Source: Mobula hypostoma
Lineage: Eukaryota
Assembly: GCF_963921235.1 (NCBI RefSeq)
Contig: NC_086097.1
Span: forward strand, 92,134,001 to 92,198,000
DNA length: 64,000 nucleotides
Direction of reading: 5' to 3'
Translations under genes and position numbers: made by a program
In this document: one piece after another, positions 25,941-40,635 of the stretch
Layout: each line of letters starts with the position of its first letter
Position numbering within the stretch: position 1 is the stretch's first letter
Notes under the pieces: model-generated
Database searches by the model: none
What the model was told of the DNA's origin: nothing
Seen by the model: only the letters and a program-made list of their open reading frames with translations

Positions 25941-27136
25941 CTGAATAAAGTGACAGAGTTCAATTGTTTCACGTAAATATTTTGTTCTGCAGAAGTGTTC
26001 TAGTACTTGGATGTAGCTTCAAAACATAGTAATTGTGTAATCTTAGAGTCATATAGGGTAATACAGTATAGAAACAGGCCTTCTCCATGCTGACCACAGC
26101 ATCCTTCCTGCTAATTCGAGTTGCCTGTAATCCCTCCAAGCCCCTCCCTTCCATGGATGTACCTATCCAAATGCCTCTAAAATATTTCAGCTGTCCACAC
26201 TTTGATGACTTCTTCTGGAAGCACATTCCAGGTACTCACTATTCTCTGTGTAAAAAGTCTTTCAAAAAATCCCTTTTAAAAAATCTCTTTTCAAAGCCTT
26301 TGATTTGCTGTTAAAGTACAGATGTTGGCTAATAACATATTTCACTATATGATAAGGTTTTTTTTTCCTTTTTTCTTTCTTTACCAAACAGCTTCGATCT
26401 TGGTAGTCGGCTTAGATTCTTTTTTTGTATAATAAATTATCATATTTCAATATTACGATTTAATTTAATTTACATGAATATAGGGTAATGAGATCGCAAG
26501 TGTGATTCAAATATAATGTATTTGGTATTATTTTCTTTTTTTGACTTATATATTCTTGTACTCTGTATTCTTCTATGTAGAAATTAATAAAAATATTGAA
26601 AAAGAGATAAAAAGATAAATCTCTCTCTCCCTCTTACCTTGCATCTGTGCCCTCTAGTTTTGGACTCCACAATCCTAGGGAAAAGATCGTGACCGTCCAT
26701 CTTGTTAGTACATTACTGAATAAGAGCTGTACTGTCAGAGATGCTTCTAAATTTCATGGGTTTGCATACAATGGACTCTGCTTTTTTCACTATAATTGTG
26801 TTCACCCTTGCATAATTTGTGATCAATTAATATTTTTCTTGTGAATACTGTGCCTGTGATGCTACTCCAAGTTTTCCATTACACCTGTGCATACATGTAC
26901 TTGGGCACTTGAAACTGAACTCTAATCTGTCTTTGATTTGTGAAAGAAAATCCCCAATAACATCAGGTACCCGATACCGCAGAGATTTTGATGGAGACGA
27001 GGGACTTCTCTTCAATTTCCCAACTAAAGACTTTTGTGGCAGTTATGAATGCTCATTTAAATACATGTGATGTTCTCATTAACATGTGCATGAGTGTGCA
27101 AACATCTAGTTGTCTATCTCAAAAGAGTTTGTATAC

Positions 27137-27268
27137 CTTAAAAATGTATGTTGCTCCACCACCTCCACCTCCACCTCCTGCCCATTCTAACATGGCTTTA
27201 TTATTGTTGTAGTCATCTTCAATGATGGAAGATTCTCCCAAGCAGATCTTCTGAGTCACTTGGTCTTT
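27137..27268 (-). CDS. ltk: LTK exon ([44 protein letters not shown])
   Basis: 132 bp, phase 0-0, cttcag|...|gtatac; [13 protein letters not shown] motif; 'CLGES' is LTK-type. Confidence 0.96.
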
Positions 27269-27450
27269 CTGAAGAGAGAAGCAGAGATGTTATTAGCTTC
27301 AAGACCTTGCTGGGCACGCTCAGCCATTCTATAGATTGTAGCTTGCTCTTAATATCATCTAATAAGTGGAAACTATGTAAATATGAAGGAACAAATGCAA
27401 AAGGATATGTTGACAGGTTACATAGTCACAGAAGAACAGGAATACTACTA

Positions 27451-28061
27451 CAGGAGGTGCTACTGCAGTTGTACAAGGCCTTGGTGAGACTACACCTGGA
27501 GTATTGTGTGCAGTTTTGGTCTCCTAATCAGAGGAAAGACATCCTTGCCATAGAGGGAGTACAAAGAAGGTTCACCAGATTGATTCCTGGGATGGCAGGA
27601 CTTTCATATGATGAAAGACTGGATCAACTAGGCTTATACTCTCTGGAATTTAGAAGATTGAGGGGGGAATCTGATTGAAACATATAAAATTCTAAAGGGA
27701 TTGGACAGGCTAGATGCAGGAAGATTGTTCCCGATGTTGGGGAAGTCCAGAACGAGGGGTCACAGTTTGAGGATAAAGGGGAAGCCTTTTAGGACCGAGA
27801 TGAGGAAAAACTTCTTCACACAGAGAGTGGTGAATCTGTGGAATTCTCTGCCCCAGGAAACAGTTGAGGCCAGTTCATTGGCTATATTTAAGAGGGAGTT
27901 AGATAAGGCCCTTGTGGCTAAAGGGATCAGGGGGTATGGAGAGAACGCAGATACAGGGTTCTGAGTTGGATGATCAGTCATAATTATACTGAATGGCGGT
28001 ACAGGCTCGAAGGGCCGAATGGCCTACTCCTGCACCTATTTTCTATGTTTCTATGTTTCTA
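27451..28061 (+). mobile_element. CR1 (HER1-like) LINE 3' fragment, well preserved
   Basis: LYKALVRLHLEYCVQFWSP..IEGVQRRFTRLIPGM; FFTQRVVNLWNSLP; (tttctatg)n tail. Confidence 0.93.
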
Positions 28062-28639
28062 ATAGGCCTTTTAGACTATTTCACTCTTCACTGAAATTAG
28101 TGCTGATCTCTGATTCAACTCCTACATTTGCTTTTACCCCCATTTCTCTGATACAACTTTTTATCAAAAATCTACCAACCTCAGGCTTAAAAGTATCTGA
28201 TTGAACATCAATTGCTGATTATTAATTACATACACTTCGTTTATAGAAACATTTTCCTAACTTCACATGGAATAAAGTCACTGAAATATTATCTGACTCA
28301 AATGTTTCTCCAGTAATTCCACTGCAAGCTTACCCATTCTTTGGGGCACTCCTCTGTTTTCGTGGATGTTTGTGAAGAAAAAGAATTTCAGGATGTATAT
28401 TATGTGCATTTCTCTAACATTAAATATACCTATTGTAATGTTGACTCTGTTTTACTCTCTCCACAGACACTACCTGATCTTTTGGGCATTTTCAGCATTT
28501 TCTGTTTGGTTTCAGGAGGAGCTTTGACCTGTATTTCACAGTTTTTAAATGCCTCTTTATCCTCTAACTCCCTTCATGAATTATTCACCATGAGGCTCTG
28601 CAAATATTCTGATTATTTTTTAACAAGATATTGGTGACT

Positions 28640-29590
28640 ACTGTGTTAGTTTTCATCACCCTGCTTTAGGAACAATGCCATTAAGCTGGAAAGGATGCGG
28701 AGGAGATCTACGAGGGGCTGAGTTATGGAGAGGGGTTGAGTGGGTTGGGCGTTTACTCACTGGACTGTAGGAGAATGGAGGGGGATACTATAGAAGTGTA
28801 TAGAATCATAAGGGGCAGAGGTAGGGTGAATGCAACATCTTCCCCCCTCTCTGGCCCCCCAAAGTTGGGGAATTGAGAACTAGGAGACATAGTTTTAGGG
28901 CGAGAAGTGAGAGACAATAGGAACCTGAAGGACAACTATTAGAGGAATGAGAGGCTCATTATAGGATGCACATGGAGGGTTTGCAGAGGGAGCAGAAGAG
29001 ATTTACCAGGATACTGCTTGGGGCATAAGGAAAGGTTGAATAAACTTGGGTTGTTTTCTCTGAAGCAGGAGAGACTGAGGATTGACTTGATAGGAGTTTA
29101 TAAGATAAGGGCGGCGAGCACAACGTGGTTAGCACAACGCTCTACAGTACCAGTGACTCGGGTTCAATTCCCGACGCCATCTGTAAGGAGTTTGTATGTT
29201 CACCCCGTGACCATGTGGATTTCCTCCGGGTGCTCTGGTTTCCTCCCACCATCCAAAACTGTACCAGTTGATAGATTAATTGCTCATTGTAAATTGTCCT
29301 GTGATTGGGCTAGTGTTAAATCGGGGGTGGCTGGGCAGCACCGATTGAGGGGCCGGGAGGGCCTATTTGCCCCGTATCCCAATAAATAAAAAATCTTAAA
29401 TTAAGGGTTATAAGAGGCATAGACAGAGTAGAGACTGATATCTTTTTCCCAGGTCAAAATATCTGATATAAGAGGGCATGCACTTAAGGTGAGAGGGGAT
29501 AAGTTAAAAGAGAGGTGTGGGGCAAATGTTTGTTTACAGGGTGAGTGGTGGTGCCTAGAACTTGCTGCCCAGGGTGGTTGAGGAGCCCCT
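28640..29590 (+). mobile_element. Cluster of CR1 3' fragments interrupted by a SINE
   Basis: 'ERLNKLGLFSLKQERLRIDLIGVYKI' breaks at 29108 and resumes near 29410. Confidence 0.7.
29109..29395 (+). mobile_element. HE1-like V-SINE inserted in CR1
   Basis: gggcggc head, B box GGTTCAATTCC, 'tttcctccgggtgctctggtttcctccca', (aata)n tail. Confidence 0.8.
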
Positions 29591-31489
29591 GTCATCGTGC
29601 AGAGAATTTACAAGCTCCCTACGTACAGTGGTGGGATTGAACCCGGGTATGCTGGCACTTAAATCGTGTTTTACTAACTGTTACGCCAACAGTGGTGCTC
29701 CAAATAAATAAATAACATTTAAAAAGCACAAAGGAGAGGCTGATAAGGAAATTGGTCAAATGCACAACTGGAATTTACTCAGATGGGCAACTTGGTCAGC
29801 GTGGACCAGCTGATCTGAAGGGCTCATCTCTGTATGGCCCTATGACCTGTGTGAACTTGGATTCACCCTGTCAGAGATATTCACTCGGTCCTATCAATAC
29901 CTCAGCTCCCCCTCCACTCCGGCAAAGTGGGTCTCACCCTGACCTCCAATGCTGTTTGTTTGGAGTTTGCATGTTCTCCTGCATGGCTTTTTCTTTTCTG
30001 GGTGCTCTGTTTTATTTTCTGTTTTCTGAAGATCGGAGCGGTTAGCAAAATGCTATTGCAGCATCACTGGCCCAGGTTCAATTCTGCAGCCATCTGAAAA
30101 TTGCTGCAGGTTTCCCCTTGTGTGGGTGAATGGTGGAATCTGGGGAGGTTTAGGAAGAGAATATTGGAAAATAAATGAGGCAATGGGATTGGTGGGTTAC
30201 TTTGAAATCTAGTCTAGATTAGATGGACTGAATGTCCTATCTGTGTTATAGTTTACTTATTTGGAGATACAGCCAGCGTAGAACAGCCCAGCAACTCACC
30301 TATCTAATTATGAGAAACAGAGTTAATGTTTCCAGTCGGAGACCCTTGTCATAACTGTAAAAGTTAAACGAAAACAGGTCTCTGACTGGAAACATAAACT
30401 CTGTTTCTCCCTCCACGGTGCTACTGCCTGACTTTCAGATGTTTCCAACATTTTCTGCTTTTATTTCTTTGCTTCACTCCTGATCTCAATGACCGTGCGC
30501 TTTGTGCACAACATAGGGACTTTGGACGAGTCCAGTCCCATCTGGTGTCTTGTCTGCCCTACTCCACACTGGCTATCTCACACCCAGCCCTGCTGACACA
30601 GTCTCAGGGATTTATCAACAGAGAACCAATTCACAATGTCATCAGGGAAAATGTGTGGAGACTAGGAAGATTGTGAAGTCTGAAGATAAAGTCCAAAGAC
30701 CCCTACACCCCAACACTGTCTATCCATTGAACTTTATAGGATGTATATTCAATACACGTAACTGTGCACCACTTACAGTGGATAGTCTTAGCTCAGCCAT
30801 CAATCCAGAGTGATTAAAATCGTGGATGCACAGGGCAAAAGAAGGCAAGGTAACTTCTCAAAAGGGTAAGTAAACCCATTGAGGGATACAAAATCAAGGA
30901 CAAGAAGTTTAAAACTGTGAACTTCAAGACTTCAGGACCTTGAAGCTCTTCTGTTGAATATTCAAAATGCTCTACTTAGGCTCTCTGGAGAAAACCTTGA
31001 ATCATTTCACAGAAAAAAAAGTGATGCGGTTTGTTTAAAATGACCCAGAGCAGAAACATCAGGCTGTAGATTGTGCTTCAGCTTTAAGTGAGATGAGTTT
31101 GATTGCCATTCATCAGTCAGTAGTACATGAATTCTGAATGAGGAGGCGTTAATGATACAACGATACATCGATCCTGAATGAGGAGAAGTTCTTGATACGA
31201 GGATCCTGAAATCAGGAGGAGGGAAGTGCAATGAATTTGCTACAATAATCCATGGCAATCTCTGACCAAATAGCTAAGGGCACCGAATAACCTGAGTGCT
31301 CCCATCAGCCACACACTACCGACCTCACTGCCGACAAAGCAAGATAGCAAATCACAATTAAGCCTGAGTCCTTTCAGAAATAGAAATATTAGACAAATTA
31401 GCAGAACCTGCTCATGTTTTGGATTAATGACCCTTCCTTCTCAGAGTTGGCTGAGTTCTTTCAGCATTTCAGTTTTAGTTCCAGATTTT

Positions 31490-32035
31490 GAAACTCTAGT
31501 TAGGCTGCATCTGGAGTATTGCATTCAATTCTGGTCACCCTGTTTTAGGAAGGATGTGGAGGTTTTGGAGAAGATGCAGAAGAGGTTTACTAGGATGCCG
31601 CCTCAATTAGAAGGCATGAGCTATTGCGAGAGGCTGGATAATCTTGGGTTGGGAACATTTGTGTCCTTTTCTCTGGAGCAGAGGAGGCTGAGGTTCATAA
31701 GATTATGCAAGGCACAGATAGAGTGGATAAACGGTATTATTTTTCCCAGGGTCAAAGCGTGCAATACCAGAGGGCATGTGTTACAGCTGAGGGGGGAAGT
31801 TCTTTTTTACTTGGCTGGGTGCCGGGAATGTGCTACCAAGACTGGTAGTGGTGGCAGATATGACAGAATCATTTAAGCAGCCCTTAGATAGGCACATGAA
31901 TGTGCAGGGAATGGAGGGATATGGCCCATGCGCAGTCAGAAGGGATTCATGTAATTAGACATAAAGTAATAATTAGTTAAGCACAACATTGTGGGCAGAA
32001 GGGCGTGTTCCTCCGCTGTACTCTTCTATGTTCTA
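31490..32035 (+). mobile_element. CR1 LINE 3' fragment
   Basis: LVRLHLEYCIQFWSPCFRKDVEVLEKMQKRFTRM; ttctatgttcta tail. Confidence 0.88.
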
Positions 32036-32998
32036 CTCCAGCAAGTGCTGAGCTGGCATCTCTGTCGAGATCGTGCTTTAGGCTTAGTGGTTTTCTAAGT
32101 TTGTAGGGATGGTTTTGGAAACAAGGCGAGTTAGGGATCAGGTTAGAATTTAGAGACAGTGATGTGGGGAAGTTAGACTTCAGACTAAGGTTTAGGCACA
32201 GGGATGTGGAGGAGTTAGAGGTCTGACCTCCACTCCAGGTTCAAAGGTCAGAGATGTGGGTAGGTGACAAAGGACATCTGGAGTCAAAGTCTCAGCTCTA
32301 ACCTTGAAGACGAGCAATGTGGACATGGAATGAAGGACATCTGGAGTCTACATCTTCGCTCCGCACTCGAAGGTCAACAGCATGGAATGGTGATGAAAGA
32401 CATCCTTTGATGTCTGTCTGTACCTGAACTGAACGTCCATGAAAGCAGGAGACATGAGGGCCAGTCAGTCTACGCACCTGGAGTTCGAGCCTGAAATTCG
32501 GTGTCCTGTCATTGGCTAGTCCAGGGCTTGATACTGAAGACTGGAGCCCAAAGGTTGATCAGAAGTTTGGAAATCAAAGCCCGATGGCTGAAGCTTGAAG
32601 ACTAGAGGCTGTCCAGGATTTGGAGGACATTCCACGTGTGAGGGTGAGATGGGGGGGTGGAGAGGGAAAGTGGGAGGGAGGGAAGTGGGACTTGTTTTGC
32701 TGTTGTTCCATGTTGTTCTGTCAAGCATTGTGAGCATGCTACGTCAGTTCAAAGTTCAAAGTAAAATTTATTATCAGCATACGTACACGTCACCACATAC
32801 AACCCTGAGATTGTGTTACTGCGGGGAATTTGCACTGGAATTTGTTGCATCCCTAGGTGTGTTGGTTGTAAATGCAAATGACGCTTTCCACGGAATGTTC
32901 TGCTAAACATGTGATAAGTAACCCTGAATCAGCACCCGCAGGTTTTATATATTTTCTCTGGATCCTATTCAGACCTAATGCTTCATCCCAGTGCCTTA

Positions 32999-33322
<324 letters not shown>

Positions 33323-33414
33323 TCAGGCTTGCTGGACTGGGCACTTCCACTACTGGCTTAATCCTGTTAGAACTACACTTGGAAGTAACAGGTATCATTG
33401 GTAAAGCCAGTATT

Positions 33415-34120
33415 CAAATATGTGTTCAATTTTGACCACCCTGTTGTCGGAAAGATGTGGTTAAATTGGAAAGAGTACAAGAAAGATCTACTGGACTGTT
33501 GCCAGGACTTGGACTGAGTCATAAGGAGAGCTTAGACAGACAGGGCCTTTACTCATTGAAGCAGGGGAGACTGAAGAGTGATCTCAGAGACGTATATAAA
33601 ATCGTATGGAGCATAGAGAGGGTGAGTGGTCTCTTTGCAGGGTTGAGGAATCAAAAAGTAGAACATATAGTTTTAGGGTTAGAGGTGAAAGACGTTGAAG
33701 GGCTTATTTTTAAGAGGTCATAGGTTAAATTTTATTTATTTATTGACATACAGAGTGGAGTGGGCTTTTCTGGCCCTTTGAGTCACACCACTCAGCTAAT
33801 ACGCCAATCTAATGCTAACCTAATCACAGGACAACTTACAATGACCAGTTAACCTTAAGGGTAAAAAGTGAAATATTTGAGGGGAACCTGAGGGGGAGTT
33901 TCTTCATTCAGAGGGTGCTGCAAGTGTGGAACTTAGTTGTCAGTGGAAGTGGTGGATGTGGGCTCAATTCAACAGTTATGAGAAGTTTGGATAAGTACAT
34001 GGATGGGAGGGCTATGGTCCAGGTGTGGGTCTATGGGACTAGGCACAATAACTGTACAGCATGGTCCAGATGGGCTGAAAGGCCTGTTTCTATGCTGTAG
34101 CGTTCCATTATGATTCTATG
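33415..34120 (+). mobile_element. CR1 LINE 3' fragment (interrupted at ~33720-33855)
   Basis: 'KLERVQER..GLYSLKQGRLKSDLRDVYKI'. Confidence 0.75.
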
Positions 34121-34283
34121 ACTGGGATGAAAGGATTAAACAGGATCTGCAGGATTCAGAATTCAATAAGACCAGCAGTCTCTGGCTGGGAAGTCCACTC
34201 ACTCCTTGTCCCAGATCACGTTAGCCTGATCCTGCCTCAGTAACCCCACATACCTGTGCCAACATCAGAGATGGTTCTGCTTA

Positions 34284-34517
<234 letters not shown>

Positions 34518-35234
34518 TCACAAAGTTCACAGGAGTACATTTAATATCAAAATACGTATACTATGCACAACCTCAAGATTCCTCTCCTTACGGGCAGCCA
34601 CAAAACAAGGAAACCCAATCCAACTCATTCATAAACAGAAGACCGTCAAACACCCAGTGCACGGGGGGTGGGGAGAGAAAGCTAATTGTGCAAAACAATA
34701 AAAATAAGCAAATGATATTGAGAACTGAATTTCACAAAAGTGAGTCCACAGCCACTGATCCAGGAGGCCGTCAGTTGCAGGGCACAGCCTCAGTTCAGCT
34801 CAGCGACGAGTAACTCGGCTGAACGTCGGCTCGTCCCCCAGCACCCTGACCTTTTCAATCTGCTTAAATCGGCCAAACCGTGGGTCATTCCCCACTCTTG
34901 AATCTGGGCCCTGCCGCTTTGATACGTTCATAGGAAACATAACTCAGATAAGGTAGCGATGTTTAAGAGATTTTTAAGGGAGACAAATGAATATGCTCAC
35001 AGTGAATGTATGGGAAGGAGGAAAGGGGCTTGTTTTGCTGTTGTTGATTGGTGCTTGTTGTGTTCTTTTTACTGTGTCCTATGTTGTTCTGCTGAGTACT
35101 GTAGGCAGGCTATGTTAGTGCCATAACATGTGGCAACACTTGTGGGCTACCTCCAGCACACCCTTGTGTGTGTTAGTTGTTCACACATTTCACTGTTTCA
35201 ATGTACACATGATAAATAAATCTTAATCTGAGTC

Positions 35235-35600
35235 TACTCCAAGTGAGGTCTAACTAACATTTTGTACAATTGTTCCATGGCATCCCAATTCTTGTACTCA
35301 GTTCTATGGCCAGTAAAGGTAATCATGCCATATGTCTTCTTCACTATCATCACTTGCAGCAAACTTAATAACTGTACCCCTAAGTTCCTATGTTCAACAA
35401 CACTCCCCAGGATTCTGTCATTCATTGTGTATGCCCTGCCCTGGTTTCACTTTCCAAAATGTTTCACTTTGCACTTGGCTGAATTAAGTTCCATCCACTA
35501 TTCCTCCGCCCATGCTCAGAGTTGAGTAATAATCCATTGTAATCTTAGAAACCTTCTTCACCATCCACTGTACCACCAACTTTGTTGTCATCTGTAAATA
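35235..35600 (-). mobile_element. CR1 LINE fragment
   Basis: 'RNLGVQ..QLYKMLVRPHLE' on the minus strand. Confidence 0.8.
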
Positions 35601-35829
35601 CTCAAAACAAAAAAGAAGGGGAACAGAATTTTTTGTTGGCAAACAAGGTGAGCAAGGCATATGGAAACACGATATGGAGAAAGTTAGGCAGTTCTGGAAA
35701 ATAAGTGACTGCAAGCTAAGCACCAATCAAAAGGTTAAAAAAACTGCAGACCCTGGAAAACTGAAATAAAAGTAGAAAGACTCAACAGATCCGGAAGCAT
35801 CTCGAGGGAAAGAAACAGAGACAATGAAA

Positions 35830-36003
35830 GAGGATCTAGTGCTTTCCCAGCATATGTGACAAATAAACTCTCCTTGGGCTTCCGGTTGGGTACAGGTATC
35901 GATTTTAACTGATGTAGCAATAACAAACTCTGCATCTTCATCAGGGACGGTGATGGTCATCCAATCGCCACTTTAAATCGATACCTGTAACTGGCTGTAA
36001 ACC
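35830..36003 (-). mobile_element. Probable PLE pLTR remnant of a separate family, with decayed hammerhead and short inverted duplication
   Basis: Minus 'ccCTGATGAagatgcagagtttgttatt-gcta-catc'; tacaggtatcgattt / aaatcgatacctgta 15-bp inverted pair. Confidence 0.55.
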
Positions 36004-36105
36004 GTGTTGTGTTTAAACAAAGACAATATTCCAAGCAATGTTTCTGGTAGGACAGTAACCTTTCATTAGAACAAGTGAGTTGCTTTTAAAAAAGTCAAAC
36101 GTAGA

Positions 36106-36107
<2 letters not shown>

Positions 36108-36146
<39 letters not shown>
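36108..36146. repeat. (GT)n microsatellite
   Basis: About 19 perfect GT units. Confidence 0.98.
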
Positions 36147-36152
<6 letters not shown>

Positions 36153-36996
36153 TTATATATCAGGAAATTGCAAAGCTTGGCTTGAACAACTGAATACAAG
36201 AGCATTGTGTTCATTATGACAGTACAGTGGATGATGATGGGAGAAGTGATCTCACCACAACCTGTTCAGAAAAATGTTGGAGGACTGCAGAGCGGGAGGA
36301 TGATCAGAGTTTCAGAGTGATAAAGAATTTGAAGACACAAGGGTAAGAATAATAAACACTAAACAGAGGCCGCTGTTGCTCATTGAACACGGCAAATTTG
36401 GGAACAGGACATGATCTCAGTTCGTATATACTGTACAGTATATAGCAGTGTACGGGGTAAAGTCAAACATTAACTTGATAAACCAGGTAACTATGATAAT
36501 GAAGTTGCAGAGTAATACACACACGGAATAAAGGCCTTTCATCCCAAACTTGTCCCTCTAAACTAGTTCTGTTTGCCTGAGTTTGGCATATATCCCTCAA
36601 AGCCTTGCCTACCCATGTACCTGTCCAAATATCATTATCATACCTGCCTCAACTATTTACCCTGGCAGCTCATTCCGTATAACTCAATTAAATGTGGACC
36701 CAGTACATTCTGTACACAACACAGATTATTGATCTGTGTATATTAAACAGATAATGAGAGGATTACAGACATGCAGCACCACATAATGGAACAGAACGTG
36801 CATAATAACTAATGGTGTCCAAATAGTATCTGTGATCACTGGTCAGCAACTCCTGCTGAGAAAAGCCAGTCTCTGCAAAACTCCACAGCACCTCTGATAT
36901 TCACAGAATTGCATATTAACCTTTGGTTAAATTAACCACTGGTGGTTGCTGCAATTAGTACAAACTCATTTTGTATACATTTCTCAGTATTATTAC

Positions 36997-37080
36997 CTGA
37001 TGGAGTGATGTCTGACATTGGAAATGGAAGATGTTCATGGTGGTGCATGGAGTCACTCTCCAATGTCACTGATTCCGTCT
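36997..37080 (-). CDS. ltk: Candidate LTK linker exon (ETESVTLESDSMHHHEHLPFPMSDITPS)
   Basis: Pyrimidine-rich acceptor ttgttgtcttcacag|, donor cag|gtaata, 84 bp, phase 1-1, open frame; no recognised motif. Confidence 0.6.
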
Positions 37081-38582
37081 CTGTGAAGACAACAAAGGCA
37101 GTCTTATACAGAATAATAGAGCACTTTAAGGAACTGACCTGTAGCTGATATACAATGGTGATGCATGAAGCTGATAACTACAGCCAAATATCTTGACCTT
37201 AGTTCACACACAGGCCATTCAGCCCATCAAGCATGTTCTATTTTCACCTTCAATTATATCACTGCTGTTCTAATCTAAACTCCAAATTATTAAACTCATC
37301 CTACTGATGTGGCTTCACAAATGAGTGTAGTTAATGTCAGTTTCTTCAATATCACAAGCAATGAGTGCAGTACAAATGGGTTTGCGGTGACACTGTAAAG
37401 GGAAAAATTTAAGAGAAAGTCAAGGTGCAAGTTTTCTTTTACACAAACAGTGGCATTAATGTGGAATGAGCTGCAGAGGAAGTGTTTGAGGGAAGTAGAA
37501 TGGACTGGATGAAATTCTTTCTGTTTGGGATTAAAGACGATAACTTTGGACTTTCCAGAGCTGGATGCTAGGCAAGGAAACAGGTAAGTTCCGTTAGTTG
37601 AGGGTGCAGGGGATGGCAAGAGATAGTGGGGAGATAACCTCATTATGGCCTTGCACCTTATTGTCTGCCTGCACTGCACTCTCTCTTTAACTGCGACACT
37701 TCATTCAATGTTCAGTTATAATGTGTGGATATGAGGTAATGTTGAAAGTTTTCCATTGTATTTCAATACAAGCAACAATAGTAAGTCCATTTACCAAATT
37801 TACCAATAAAGAGAGCAGTGATTTGTTTACTTCTATAATCTAATATTGTGGCTTCAAATGTTATTGTTGATGGGCTATTAATGCTGATGAAAAAAAGAGC
37901 CAAAATACATCTACTCAAAAAAGATTTTGCCATATAAGCAGAGGGATGAGTTAGCAATATTATTAATAATGATTTAGTAGATGACTTTCCTGTCAGTAAT
38001 GAAATCTATTTAATAATAGTTTATAGGGATTATTATTGATATGGAATCATCTTATTGATATTGATTGTGTGGATAGACAACATGACATGGGGTGTGGAGG
38101 GGGTTCTTGTTATTAACACTGGAATTAATTCACCAACAAATACTGCATGGATGGTTTCCCTGCAATTAATAAAATCTGTTTATTAGTGTAGGTTGTGTTC
38201 CACGTGATCAGTAATGTGAGTTAGCTATTAATAAAGAGCATGGGGACAGGTCTCACTGTTGCTAATTGAACATAAATAAATACTGTCTGCATTGGTCACA
38301 CTCCTGTAATGGAGCCTATTTATTGTTAGATGGTTTACAAATGACTGGAATGTTATTAGAGGTAGCTGTTAATTAATTTAAAATAGAGGTTCGCTGGTAA
38401 TACTGTCAATTTTAATGTTGACATCATTACCCTCATCTCAATTGTAATAGAGGCTTCTTATTACAGTGATGCACACAATGGCTTGAGGCCCATGCTGTGC
38501 AGTGCCACCTTACGGTGCTATTTTACTGATCCATTTATTGTTACCTATCTATTGTTTCAAGGAAGTGTGTGGGAGCATCACT

Positions 38583-38985
38583 AAGTTCAAAGTACATATA
38601 TGTCACCATGCATAACCCTTTTTTCTTGCAGGCATACCCAATAAACCCAAAAACCATAATCAAATCAATGAAGGACCATCCCCAACAAGGCGGTCAACCA
38701 GTGTGCAATAGACAATAAACTGTGAAAACTCAAAAAGAAAGAAAAAAAGATATAATAATTATAAAAAAATACATCATCAATAAATACCAAGCACATGAGA
38801 TGAAGAGTCCTTGAAAGTGAATCCATAGGCTATGGGAACAGTTCAGAGATGGAGCGTGAAGTTGAGTGAAGTTATCCCCTCTGGTTCAAGAGCTTGATGG
38901 TTGAGAGGTAATAACTGTTCCTGAATCTGGTGGTATGAGTCCTGAGGCTCCTGGACCTTCTTCCTGATGGCAGCATCAAGAAGAA
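38583..38985 (-). mobile_element. Rex1/Babar-type LINE 3' end
   Basis: Reverse complement resembles 23080-23490 ('cttgatggttgagaggtaataactgttcctgaatctggtgg'). Confidence 0.75.
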
Positions 38986-39527
38986 TGTTGCGATGGTACT
39001 CATTGGATCAATAACTGGTGGTACCATGTCATGTTGAAGAACTTTTCCAGGGAAAGATTCTTTTATGGGGCTTTAAGAATCTTAGGTCTTGTGCAAAGTT
39101 GTTTCGGGTTGCGGCCAATTCGGTTACCACTGTGATCACCGGAATTTACAAAGATGAGAAATGGAGAAAGAAATCAATGCAGATGCATTCCCATTGTCCA
39201 GTTGTATAATTTTCCAGCAATGTGCTTTCCAACCATTAGACAGAACTTTGTCCATTAAAAGTATAACACTCTTCCACAGATAATGAGTGCTGCCTCTGAA
39301 GAGGTATTGCAAACAGGGCTGGAACATCCTCTGTCCCATAAGAAAATTGCCACTCAAAGTCAAAGTTAATTTTACCATCACGTGCACAAGTACAGATATG
39401 CAAAGGTACAGAGAAAAACTAACTTGCAGCAGCGTCACAGGTACACAGCATCATACGGACAACATTTAAAAGAATAGCATCAATTACACACAAATTATAC
39501 ACTTTTACGGTGTATACTGTGCTCAAA

Positions 39528-40050
39528 TACACTGTGCTCAATTCTGGTCGCCTCACTACAGGAAGGTCGTGGAAACCATAGAAAGGGTGCAGAGGAGACC
39601 TTTGCAGAGGATGTTGCCTGGATTGGGGAGCATGCCTTATGAGAATAGGTTGAGTGAACCCGGCCTTTTCTGCTTGGAGCAACAGAGGATGAAAGGTGAC
39701 CTGATAGAGGTGTACAAGATAACGAGAGGCATTGATCGTGTGGATAGTCAGAGGCTTTTTCCCAGGGCTGAAAAAGAGAGCATATTTTTAAGGTGCTTGG
39801 AAGTAGGTACAGAGGAGATGTCAGGGGTAAGTTTTTACCCAGAGAGTGGTGAGTGTGTGGAATGGGCTGCCGGTGGTGGTGGTGGAGGCGGAAGTGATAG
39901 GGTAAGAGACTCCTGGATGGATACATGGAGCTTAGAAGAATAGAGGGCTATGGGTAAGCCTAGGTAGTTCTAAGATAAGGACATGTTCGGCACAGCTTTG
40001 TTGGCCGAAGGGCCTGTATTGTGCTGTAGGTTTTCTATGTTCTATGTTCT
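39528..40050 (+). mobile_element. CR1 LINE 3' fragment
   Basis: 'ETIERVQRR..MLPGL..MKGDLIEVYKI'; ttctatgttctatgttct tail. Confidence 0.88.
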
Positions 40051-40524
40051 TTTTTTTTACAAGAAAGAACATGATTAGAGCAACAAAAAAAATGTACTAC
40101 AATATTCAGAAGTTGTACTGTGATTGGTAGTGGTAGTGGGACAGTCAGAGAGAGAGTGATGGAGTGAGGCAGAAAGAAAGCAATGTAGGGCTGGAGAAAA
40201 TCAACCGTAAAGTCAGACCTAGGCAAAGAGAGAAATGTAAGCGTGGAGAGAGGAGACATATTCAGTCCCAAACCTGAAATGTGCCGCATTCAATAACCTT
40301 GCTGTCCACTTCCATGGAAAGTTATTAGCAAGCTGAAAGAGACTTTCATCTTTTTACCTTTGACAGTGCATTGAATGTATTTATGCTTCGCTGCTTTGTG
40401 AAATAAAATGATTCTCTGGTTGATCTCCCAATGACATTTCAGCAAGCATTGCTTTGTGGTCAAATCTTGTCCGTCAACTCCTGCCACCTCGTGTAACAGT
40501 CGCTCTGATCCTGCTGTCACTTAC

Positions 40525-40635
40525 CATCAACAGCAATCTCTTCTGGTAGGTGAGCTTCCAACTGGCTTGGTGCATGAAGGTCAGTCTGCCCCGTTGCTGC
40601 AGATCCCTCAGTGGGATGACTTCCAAAGCCTGCCG
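40525..40635 (-). CDS. ltk: Candidate LTK linker exon (AAGFGSHPTEGSAATGQTDLHAPSQLEAHLPEEIAVD)
   Basis: Acceptor ctttctttcag|, consensus donor g|gtaagt, 111 bp, phase 1-1, open frame. Confidence 0.62.

Noticed and set aside
31134..31220. Short direct repeat ctgaatgaggag x2
   Set aside because: Too short and unstructured to support a call
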